From: an uncultured virus (IMG/VR IMGVR_UViG_3300032116_000127)
Taxonomy: Duplodnaviria; Heunggongvirae; Uroviricota; Caudoviricetes
Length of the DNA: 64,000 nucleotides
Virus record (IMG/VR): IMGVR_UViG_3300032116_000127
Reading direction: 5' to 3' (one strand)
Every line of letters starts with the position of its first letter. Within the stretch, counting starts at the first letter, position 1. Position numbers and translations under genes: made by a program. A model generated the notes under the pieces. The model was not told the origin of the DNA. It searched no databases and was given only the letters and a program-made list of their open reading frames with translations. Shown piece by piece: positions 7,819 through 15,654 of the stretch.

Positions 7819-10025
7819 TATGCTACCTGCTTTGCAAAAGAAGTTAATAAGAATCTACTATTTCTATTTTGTTTTAAAAGCTTAGTAAATGATTTTGCTA
7901 TTTGATTTGCTGTTTTTTCTTTTGTAGAAGTCAAATCATTAACAATATTTAAAGCTTCAGGTTTAATATTTTCTATTGGGATTAAATAATATTCATCATA
8001 AGAATTAACTTGTTTTAATGCAGAAGCACCTAATTCTTTAAAATCTTTTGCTATTTTAATTACTGTAGATTCGTCAGCATTTCCAAACTGACCATCATTT
8101 GTATAACTGTTTAAATGAGATAATGTATTGCTTATATGTCTTCTATTGTTTCTTATTAAAGAAAACGCAAGACAAGTTGTATTTGGATCTTGATCTTTTA
8201 TTATTTTAATTAAAGTACCAGTTTGCATATATGTTTTAAATTCATATTCTTTATTATCTTTCCTAAGATATAAATGTTTTTTTATAGAATAACTGTAAGA
8301 TTCAAAACGTCTTGGCTGGATGCTATGTCCTTCGCCATCTGTTAATACTATAAAAGAAAGTTTTTGAACATTATTTAATTTTTTAAATCTTGGTAAGAAA
8401 TCAATCATATAATATAAAGATTCATTTAAAGGTGTTGATGCTAATTTATAATTAGAAACATTTTTATATACTTCAGAGAATAATAAAGCACCCATTTTAT
8501 TATATTCTTCTTTGTTCATTTTATTAGATAAAATTTCAACAACTCTAAACATCTCAACATCTAATTGATTTGTAATTGACTTTCTAGCTTGATTTTCTTC
8601 AGGCGATAGTTTATCATCATAGGGTATATATCTTTCACCAAATTGTTTTGTTCTTTCAACATCACATAATGCTTTCTCAGGATTAGAGTCAGATATACCA
8701 TTAGTGAAAGCAAGAACAGTAAATGGTATATTTGCTATTTTGCAAAAACTAGTCATCAAATAAACTTGTTTAATAACGTCTTTTAATATGCCACTCATAC
8801 TACCAGACCAATCCATTAACATAACCATTCCATGATTTTTTCCCTTTGGTAATGATTGGATAGTTTTAAATATTTCTTCTTTAATTTTATAAGATGCTAA
8901 TTTCCTAATATCAATTACACCAGTTTTATGTTCTTTTGTTTTATAATATTGATTTGCTGATTTTCTCATTTCAAATTCTTTAAGCAAGTAATTTACTTCT
9001 TTTTTGGTTTCTTGTAGATATGAATTGAATTCAATGCTCGCTAATCTTATTTTATCTTCAGTAGTTTCCCATCCTCCGTGACCTGCTTTTTTAGCATTCG
9101 CTAATTCTAAATCTTCCTTAGTTTTTCTAATTGCTAACCAAGCATCTACATCTGTCATATATTTTTTATATGGTACATAAGGATCAAATCCTACAAATTT
9201 TGGATTATAGTCAACAATAACAAATTCATTATTACTTGTATGTTTTGATAACATATTATCAAACTTATCTTGAATTGTTTCTTCAGTAGTATTATCAGTT
9301 TCAAGAACAGTTGTTTCAGGATTAGATTTAGAACCACCTATTTTATTTCCATCTGCGTCCAGTTCATCCATAAGAAGACCTTTTAAAGAATCTTTAAGTT
9401 GTTCACCTTGTTCATTCTCATCACCATTTTGTAAGTACAGTGCAGCAAGTTTTTCTAAAGCTTGTTTTTCTAATTCTTTTTTAGCAACAGAATAAGCAGT
9501 AAGTTTTTTCGCTAACTTCATAACATCATCAAACGTTTCGCAATTATCAATTTCTTTTATATAACCATATTCTTCTGCTGTAAATTTAACACCACAATTA
9601 TAACCAGCTTTATAAAATAAATTTGCTTTATTAATAAATTGTTCTTTCACTAAATCTCTACCTTTAACACCAAAAAAATTTCTATCAACTAATTCTTTAT
9701 AAGCTGAAACAAAGTCTTTTTTCAATCCTGGATATTCGTTTTGTATTTTCTTTTCAATCCTAACATCCTCAATAACATTCGCCCAAGAATGTAATAGTTT
9801 ATTATTATTAAATTCTTCTGTTTCTGATTTTCTAAATGGAGTGTAAAGAGCATGCCCTACTTCATGGGCAATCAACATATTTTCGATATTTTCGGAAAGG
9901 TTCTTCCAGACAGGAAGAGTAAGAACTCTAGTTTCAACGTTAAAAGATGCAGTCGCAACAGGCTGTCTTAAAACAGTTATATTTTCAGTAGAAAGTAGTT
10001 TCGCTAATAAATCTTTTTTATTCAT
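7818..10025 (-). CDS. HExxH metallopeptidase-like + vWA (MIDAS) protein (often labelled CobT-like)
   Basis: HEVGH, N..ED.RIEK, DWSGSM, STPL, LTDGE. Confidence 0.88.
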   Translation of the reverse strand: MNKKDLLAKLLSTENITVLRQPVATASFNVETRVLTLPVWKNLSENIENMLIAHEVGHALYTPFRKSETEEFNNNKLLHSWANVIEDVRIEKKIQNEYPGLKKDFVSAYKELVDRNFFGVKGRDLVKEQFINKANLFYKAGYNCGVKFTAEEYGYIKEIDNCETFDDVMKLAKKLTAYSVAKKELEKQALEKLAALYLQNGDENEQGEQLKDSLKGLLMDELDADGNKIGGSKSNPETTVLETDNTTEETIQDKFDNMLSKHTSNNEFVIVDYNPKFVGFDPYVPYKKYMTDVDAWLAIRKTKEDLELANAKKAGHGGWETTEDKIRLASIEFNSYLQETKKEVNYLLKEFEMRKSANQYYKTKEHKTGVIDIRKLASYKIKEEIFKTIQSLPKGKNHGMVMLMDWSGSMSGILKDVIKQVYLMTSFCKIANIPFTVLAFTNGISDSNPEKALCDVERTKQFGERYIPYDDKLSPEENQARKSITNQLDVEMFRVVEILSNKMNKEEYNKMGALLFSEVYKNVSNYKLASTPLNESLYYMIDFLPRFKKLNNVQKLSFIVLTDGEGHSIQPRRFESYSYSIKKHLYLRKDNKEYEFKTYMQTGTLIKIIKDQDPNTTCLAFSLIRNNRRHISNTLSHLNSYTNDGQFGNADESTVIKIAKDFKELGASALKQVNSYDEYYLIPIENIKPEALNIVNDLTSTKEKTANQIAKSFTKLLKQNRNSRFLLTSFAKQVA

Positions 10026-10038
10026 AATATATACATAT

Positions 10039-10109
10039 ATTCTACTATAAAATGATCTAAAAGTATATAATTAGGAGAAAATAAAAAAGGTATATAAATC
10101 AGTGACTTA
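10039..10109 (-). promoter_or_regulatory. Promoter TATACT-N17-TAGAAT with upstream IHF site
   Basis: -10 10039-10044, -35 10062-10067; AAAAAA-N8-AATCAG-TGAC-TTA at 10083-10109 matches WATCARNNNNTTR. Confidence 0.7.
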
Positions 10110-10133
10110 TATTAAAGTCGCCTTAATTTCGCC

Positions 10134-10295
10134 TTAATTGCTTGCTGATTCTTCTAAAAATGACTCTAAACCATTTAAAAAATCATTGATCGATTCGATC
10201 GGTATTTTAGAAATGTCTTTTTTATCAGTGACTGTTGAAATATAATCAGTCAAATTTTTATTTAATTCGTTATGTGATTTAAAAGAATATAACAT
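10134..10295 (-). CDS. Small hypothetical protein
   Basis: MLYSFKSHNEL...; start reassigned to ATG 10295. Confidence 0.45.
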   Translation of the reverse strand: MLYSFKSHNELNKNLTDYISTVTDKKDISKIPIESINDFLNGLESFLEESASN

Positions 10296-10452
10296 TAAAT
10301 AATAATCCTGCTGCAAAACCAACACCAAATATAATACCAACACGAGATAATTCAGCATACATCGCGTCTCTTTCTTTTTGTAATCTTAATTGGTGTTCGA
10401 ATGCTTGTTTTTGTTTTTGAAGGGAATTAATGTGGTCAAATCTTGAGTCCAT
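10279..10452 (-). CDS. Small membrane-anchored protein (57 aa)
   Basis: Hand translation MDSRFDHINSLQKQKQAF...VGIIFGVGFAAGLLFNVIFF; downstream of an early promoter. Confidence 0.55.
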   Translation of the reverse strand: MDSRFDHINSLQKQKQAFEHQLRLQKERDAMYAELSRVGIIFGVGFAAGLLFNVIFF

Positions 10453-10488
10453 AATAATAAAAGTACCTTTTTAGTTGATTAAGTATAT

Positions 10489-10517
10489 ATTATACTATAA
10501 AATTTCTTGGAAGTAAA
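10489..10517 (-). promoter_or_regulatory. Early promoter TTTACT-N17-TATAAT
   Basis: Part of a 32-bp perfect repeat with 234-265. Confidence 0.85.
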
Positions 10518-11306
10518 TTAATCAGGAATTCTTAATTTAGGTCTTAATTTCGCTTCATATTCTAGTTGTTGAGTAGTTGCTGCTTTTCTTAATTGTTTAT
10601 CTAATTTCTTTAAAGCCATATCTAATTTTAATTTACCTACTCTCTGAGTAAAGTCTATTCCTAACATATGGTCATATTCATGCTGAAATACTCTTGAATG
10701 AAACCCATCTAATTCGGTACGAACTTCTTCGCCTTTGAATGTAAAATATTTAACTTTAATTTTTTTTGGTCTTGATATTTTTAGCCATAATCCTGGACGA
10801 GATAAACATCCTTCTTCCATTAATTCAACTTCTTCTGAAGATTCTAATATTTCTGGATTAAAAACAGCATATTGATAGTTTTCAATAACTGTAATTGCAA
10901 ACACTTTTGCATCTATTCCTATTTGATTAGCTGAAAGACCAGCACCATTTAATTTTTGTGATACTTTAATCAATAATAATCCTAATTGTGCTGCTTCTTC
11001 TACTGGTTTTTTAAAGTCCCATTCTTTTGGTGGTGTTTTTAAACGTGGATCGTTCCATGGAATTAAACCATCAGTAGTTCTTACTGGTGTTATAATTTCT
11101 TTTCCATCTAAACTACTTGTTAGCTTTTCAACTTGTACTACAGTTGGTTCTGGTTTTAAAATACGTTTATCAAAAGATTCTTCTATAATAGGAAGTGATT
11201 TTGATTTCTTTTTTGCTTCTACTTCTTCAGCTGTAGCTAGTCTTGGGTTTATAGGATTACCATTTTCATCCACTGAATCCCAGACAACTTCTTTTACATC
11301 AGTCAT
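10518..11306 (-). CDS. def: Peptide deformylase with N-terminal extension
   Basis: GAGLSANQIG, EGCLS, QHEYDH motifs. Confidence 0.93.
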   Translation of the reverse strand: MTDVKEVVWDSVDENGNPINPRLATAEEVEAKKKSKSLPIIEESFDKRILKPEPTVVQVEKLTSSLDGKEIITPVRTTDGLIPWNDPRLKTPPKEWDFKKPVEEAAQLGLLLIKVSQKLNGAGLSANQIGIDAKVFAITVIENYQYAVFNPEILESSEEVELMEEGCLSRPGLWLKISRPKKIKVKYFTFKGEEVRTELDGFHSRVFQHEYDHMLGIDFTQRVGKLKLDMALKKLDKQLRKAATTQQLEYEAKLRPKLRIPD

Positions 11307-11617
11307 TACTTGCTTTCCTTTAATAATTTAGACACACGATCATATTCATGCTTCATATTATGTTGTTTTAATTCTAAGTCTTTTAGATTTGGTTCTGAAT
11401 CAGATAAAAACTTACTATGCTTTTTTTCATATATCCAGTTTTCAATTAATTTTAACTTAAAATGTAAATGATGTTGTTTATCTCTAAGAACAGTTTTAGA
11501 TTCATCTTTTCTGTCGACATCATTTGTTTGTGTTGATACTCCTTCACGAATTGGTTTTTTGCTTGGTTTATTTGTGAAAGGGTTTATTTCTACTTTTTCT
11601 TTTCTTTTTTTTCTCAT
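11306..11617 (-). CDS. Basic hypothetical protein
   Basis: 103 aa ORF coupled (TAATG) to def. Confidence 0.55.
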   Translation of the reverse strand: MRKKRKEKVEINPFTNKPSKKPIREGVSTQTNDVDRKDESKTVLRDKQHHLHFKLKLIENWIYEKKHSKFLSDSEPNLKDLELKQHNMKHEYDRVSKLLKESK

Positions 11618-11620
11618 AGT

Positions 11621-13333
11621 TTATGCATTTACGATTGTAGAGAAGTCGTTTTTCTTCTCAAATTTAATTGTACTCATAAATTTTTCAATTAGAGTATCAC
11701 CCTTATGACTAATTACGAAAACATTGACTTGAGAATCTAGTTGCGAAATTAGGTTTAAGAAATAATCTACACCTGATGCATCTAAAGATGAGTCAAATAT
11801 TTCATCCAGTACTAATAAAGATGTATTAATACTGTTCTTCATTTTTGCTATATGTCGCCATGTGAACAATATAGCTAAGTCAATACGCATTTTTTCACCC
11901 TCTGAAAAACTATCATAGGTGAATTCATCTCTATGTCTTGAACGTATCGTCTCAGTGAAGTTCTCATCTAATTCAAAATGAACATAAAAGTCCATCGCTT
12001 GTAAATATTTATTAATCAATTTATTCATTACAGGTAAATACTTTCGAATAATAGCAGTTTTAACACCTGAATCTTGTAAGAGTAATTTAGAAGTATTTTC
12101 TATTTCTATTGTTTGCATTAAACTATTCTTTTTATCAACATTAACTAATGCTAGTTCAGCTAGTTCTTTAATTTTATCTTTATATTTGTTGGTATCACTA
12201 GTTGTGTCTGATAGTGTTCGTTTTTCAGCTATACTGTTTTCAATATTAGTTTCAGTAAATTTTACACTAGTATTTAAATTAGATATTTCATTATTAATTT
12301 CTATTTTTTCATTAAATAATGTTCTTATTTCTCTTGATCTAGTTTCTCCAGCAGTCAAAGCTTCTAATAATTTAGAAAGTCTAGATTTTATATCTTCTTT
12401 TTCTTTTTCTAATTTACTTAATGCATGCTGTTTATGTTGTATAGGTGATTCGCAAGTAGGACAATTTTCGTTCTCATTAAAGAACATTATTTTTTCTTGT
12501 ATCTCAGCAATACGACTTTCATTTATTGCGATTAGTTTTCTTGCTTTGTCTACACGATCAAATACATCTACTGAGTCAATTGTTAAACTATCAATCTCTA
12601 AAAGTTTTTTATTTAATATAGTTATTTTGTTTTGTATTTCTTTTATATCTTCTCTATACTTTTCTATCTTTTCATCTATCTTAATTATATTCTCTTGTTT
12701 AGATACTGATAAATTTTCAAGTATAGTTTTTTGAGCTTGTATATTTGATTTAGCTATTTCTATATCTTTATTTACATCGACTAATGCTAATTTAGTATCA
12801 ACTGCTCTTATTTTAAGTATATCATTCATTTTACTGAATATACCTATATCTAAAATATCTTCAATTACTAATCTACGTTGATTTGTAGGTAATTGCATAA
12901 AAGGAATATAAGAAGCAGATCCTAAAATACAAACTTGACAGAATGTTCTATAATTAATTTTAAGTATTTGTTCTTCTATTTTCTTTTGACAATCACTGAT
13001 TGCTGCTGATTGATTTTGTAACACACCATTTTCATAATACTCAAATATATTAGGCTTAATTCCTCTTCTTATTTTATAGGTATTCGTTCCAGAAGAAAAT
13101 TCAATTTCTACTTCAGCATTTTTACCATTAATTGAGTTAATTAATTGATTCTTTTTTACTTGTCTAAATGGTTCACCGAATAAAACAAATGTAAGAGCAT
13201 CAAGCATAGTAGATTTACCATCACCATTTTTTCCTACCACGATTGTACTTCTTGTTTTATTCAATTGTATTTCGCACCAAACATTGCCTGTTGAGAGGAA
13301 ATTACGCCATTTCAATTTATGAAATATTATCAT
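11621..13333 (-). CDS. gp46: Rad50/SbcC-like recombination ATPase
   Basis: GKNGDGKST, zinc hook CPTC, FSEGEKMRIDLA, LDEIFDSSLD. Confidence 0.97.
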   Translation of the reverse strand: MIIFHKLKWRNFLSTGNVWCEIQLNKTRSTIVVGKNGDGKSTMLDALTFVLFGEPFRQVKKNQLINSINGKNAEVEIEFSSGTNTYKIRRGIKPNIFEYYENGVLQNQSAAISDCQKKIEEQILKINYRTFCQVCILGSASYIPFMQLPTNQRRLVIEDILDIGIFSKMNDILKIRAVDTKLALVDVNKDIEIAKSNIQAQKTILENLSVSKQENIIKIDEKIEKYREDIKEIQNKITILNKKLLEIDSLTIDSVDVFDRVDKARKLIAINESRIAEIQEKIMFFNENENCPTCESPIQHKQHALSKLEKEKEDIKSRLSKLLEALTAGETRSREIRTLFNEKIEINNEISNLNTSVKFTETNIENSIAEKRTLSDTTSDTNKYKDKIKELAELALVNVDKKNSLMQTIEIENTSKLLLQDSGVKTAIIRKYLPVMNKLINKYLQAMDFYVHFELDENFTETIRSRHRDEFTYDSFSEGEKMRIDLAILFTWRHIAKMKNSINTSLLVLDEIFDSSLDASGVDYFLNLISQLDSQVNVFVISHKGDTLIEKFMSTIKFEKKNDFSTIVNA

Positions 13334-14400
13334 TCTTTAACAATAGTCTCGTTCGCAATTGCTTCAGCATGCAACGAGTTTAAATATAATTTAAGTTTAT
13401 TTTTTTCAATACTAGTTGTGATTGTATCAACATAACCATTTAATATGCTAGTAGTGTCTTCTACGTTAATTTCATCAGATACGTTAGCAGATGAAAAGTC
13501 AACAAACGTTTCAAGTATTTTCACATCATATGGATTATGATTATGTAAATTTTTTATAAATGTATCAAACTTCAATAAATTTTTACGATTTGTTATAATT
13601 ACTTTTATATACTTGTTTCTATAATCTTCAAAATTTGGTGGATTCTCAGCAAAATAAGATTCATCATATTCTACTTTTAAGAACATAGTGTTTGGGTTTT
13701 GTATAAATTCTAATTTACGAGTTGCTGTATCAAATATATGAAAACCTTTTTTGTCATTATAATCAGACCAAGTCATTTCATATGGAGCACCCAAATAAGT
13801 AATATTATCATTTTGTGAACGATGATGAAAATGCCCTGACATAAGTAAATCAAATTTCATAAACTTATCTTTTGGTATTCCATCTTTGGATGGTGCACCA
13901 GTATGCATTTCAAATCCTTGAATATCAAAGTGTCCAATACAAACTTCTGCTTTTGTATTTTTAATTTCTTCCCAACATTTATCTTTGTTGTCTTCACATA
14001 TCCATGGAATATTACAAAATAGTGTTTCTTTTATTTGGATTGTTTGTGGTTCGTATAGAATTTTTATATTTGGATATTCAGTTAAGAGTAGAGATATGCT
14101 ATTAATCTCATTAGTGTTTCGGAAGTATGTGTCGTGATTACCAATTACAACATACATAGTAATGTTTCTTTCTCTTAATTTATCGAAGAAAAATGTTTTA
14201 CTCTGTTTTAATGTGTAATAATTGATATATTTGCGTCTATCAAATATGTCACCTAAGTGTAGTAATGTGTCTATCTTTAGTTCGTCTATTTTAGGAAAAA
14301 ACGTTGTATCAAAAAACTTATTTTGAGATTCTAAAAAGTGACTAATGTCATTACGTACACCAAAATGTGTATCAGTTATAATCGCTATCTTTGTCATCAT
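13330..14400 (-). CDS. gp47: Mre11/SbcD-like nuclease
   Basis: DTHFG, GDIFD, GNHD, SGHFH. Confidence 0.97.
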   Translation of the reverse strand: MMTKIAIITDTHFGVRNDISHFLESQNKFFDTTFFPKIDELKIDTLLHLGDIFDRRKYINYYTLKQSKTFFFDKLRERNITMYVVIGNHDTYFRNTNEINSISLLLTEYPNIKILYEPQTIQIKETLFCNIPWICEDNKDKCWEEIKNTKAEVCIGHFDIQGFEMHTGAPSKDGIPKDKFMKFDLLMSGHFHHRSQNDNITYLGAPYEMTWSDYNDKKGFHIFDTATRKLEFIQNPNTMFLKVEYDESYFAENPPNFEDYRNKYIKVIITNRKNLLKFDTFIKNLHNHNPYDVKILETFVDFSSANVSDEINVEDTTSILNGYVDTITTSIEKNKLKLYLNSLHAEAIANETIVKE

Positions 14401-14971
14401 CTAAATCAATCGTTTCAATATTATTTTTTATTTTTCTAGCAACAGATTTTTTAACTAGCCATTCATCAAAGTTATTTTGGCTTTCTATTGCTTGACTCAT
14501 CTTATTGACGAATTTATCAAAGTTTCTTTCTGACTCTGAAATTTCATCATCACTCATACCAAGTTCTTGAAAAAAAGTAGGTGGTAGAGAAGTAAGAATT
14601 TTAGTTTTAATATAAGCTTGTTTTCTTTCTTTCATAATACGTCTTAAAAATGCATAGTATATGATTTGAGTAAAATAAGCAAAGGGATTTTTAGATTTGG
14701 TAGGATCAAAGTTATGAAGATATTGAATGCAATTTTCAATACCATCTAATATCATATCGTCACGATATGTATAATTGTTAAAATTTGGACGTGTAGAAAG
14801 ACGTGTTGCTATTTTTAAAATACATTCACCTATATAATTAGGAATTCTTGGTGGATGTTCTTCTCCACTATCTTCTGCGTCAACACAATCTTTTTTCCAT
14901 TGAATTAATGCTTTAAGAAATTCAGCATTATTGACGTAATGTATTTTTGTTTCTTTAGTTTTTTTATTCAT
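14372..14971 (-). CDS. gp55: Late-transcription sigma factor
   Basis: HYVNN.EF, NF.NYTYRDDMI.DGIENC, NPFAYFTQIIYYAFLRRI; ATG 14971. Confidence 0.96.
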   Translation of the reverse strand: MNKKTKETKIHYVNNAEFLKALIQWKKDCVDAEDSGEEHPPRIPNYIGECILKIATRLSTRPNFNNYTYRDDMILDGIENCIQYLHNFDPTKSKNPFAYFTQIIYYAFLRRIMKERKQAYIKTKILTSLPPTFFQELGMSDDEISESERNFDKFVNKMSQAIESQNNFDEWLVKKSVARKIKNNIETIDLDDDKDSDYN

Positions 14972-15009
14972 TGTAAAGGATTTAAATATTAAAGAGTAAA
15001 TAGACTGCA

Positions 15010-15038
15010 ATTATACTCTAAAATATATTGTAAGTAAA
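15010..15038 (-). promoter_or_regulatory. Early promoter of gp55-47-46
   Basis: TTTACT-N17-TATAAT. Confidence 0.8.
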
Positions 15039-15053
15039 GTGTTTCAATATGCC

Positions 15054-15082
15054 TTTACTTTCAATTTTTTCCACATTATAAT
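15054..15082 (+). promoter_or_regulatory. Divergent plus-strand (antisense) promoter
   Basis: TTTACT ttcaattttttccacat TATAAT, perfect match to the phage early consensus. Confidence 0.65.
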
Positions 15083-15111
15083 AACACCTGTTGGGGTTTG
15101 AAATATTAATA

Positions 15112-15654
15112 TTAATGGATTACTTTCTTATCTTTATTCTTAATCTGATTGTAAATTTCTCTTATACCATCAATCTCTTCAGTAGTTAGTTCTTCTGTTT
15201 CTGTATCGTAATTACTTGTATATTCTTCTGGTTCTGGATCTGGAAATTGTTCGTCATGTCTCAAATCAGCCATTTCTTGTTTATCCATAAATCTATCCAT
15301 TAAATCTTCATAAGATCCCATTGCAACTAATCTTTCATGTTGATTATACAATGACATAAAGAATGGTATTGCGAACGAATGAAGTTTCTTTATGAAAAAA
15401 ACGTCTTTTTTCGGAAATGTAAAAACTCTATTTTCGGCGAAACTACAATATGGTCCTGCAGTCACTTGTTCTATAATTCCACCTTGTTTTGTAATTCTTG
15501 GATAATTTTTAAGAGCAAATGGATATTCAATAGTAATTTCTTTTTCGTCTTCTTTTAAACGAATCGCTAATATTGATTCACCTGTAGATAATCTTACAAT
15601 AACAAAATCTTCATTCGATTTTATTATTCTCGGTGTCGATGATTTTTGATGCAT
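15112..15654 (-). CDS. Sm-like fold protein with acidic tail
   Basis: FVIVRLSTGESILA...ITIEYP...PY..F...FTF pattern; usual uvsW-gp55 spacer gene. Confidence 0.55.
   Translation of the reverse strand: MHQKSSTPRIIKSNEDFVIVRLSTGESILAIRLKEDEKEITIEYPFALKNYPRITKQGGIIEQVTAGPYCSFAENRVFTFPKKDVFFIKKLHSFAIPFFMSLYNQHERLVAMGSYEDLMDRFMDKQEMADLRHDEQFPDPEPEEYTSNYDTETEELTTEEIDGIREIYNQIKNKDKKVIH

Noticed and set aside
6066..10025. cobS/cobT cobalamin auxiliary metabolic genes
   Set aside because: No cobN or other cobalamin genes in the window and the vWA protein has an HExxH domain; a generic MoxR/vWA pair is the safer call.
2420..15010. Longer ORF-track starts at 2458, 4983, 7265, 7628, 10358 and 15010
   Set aside because: They overlap neighbouring genes or promoter boxes; downstream ATGs fit RBS, signal peptide or homology better.
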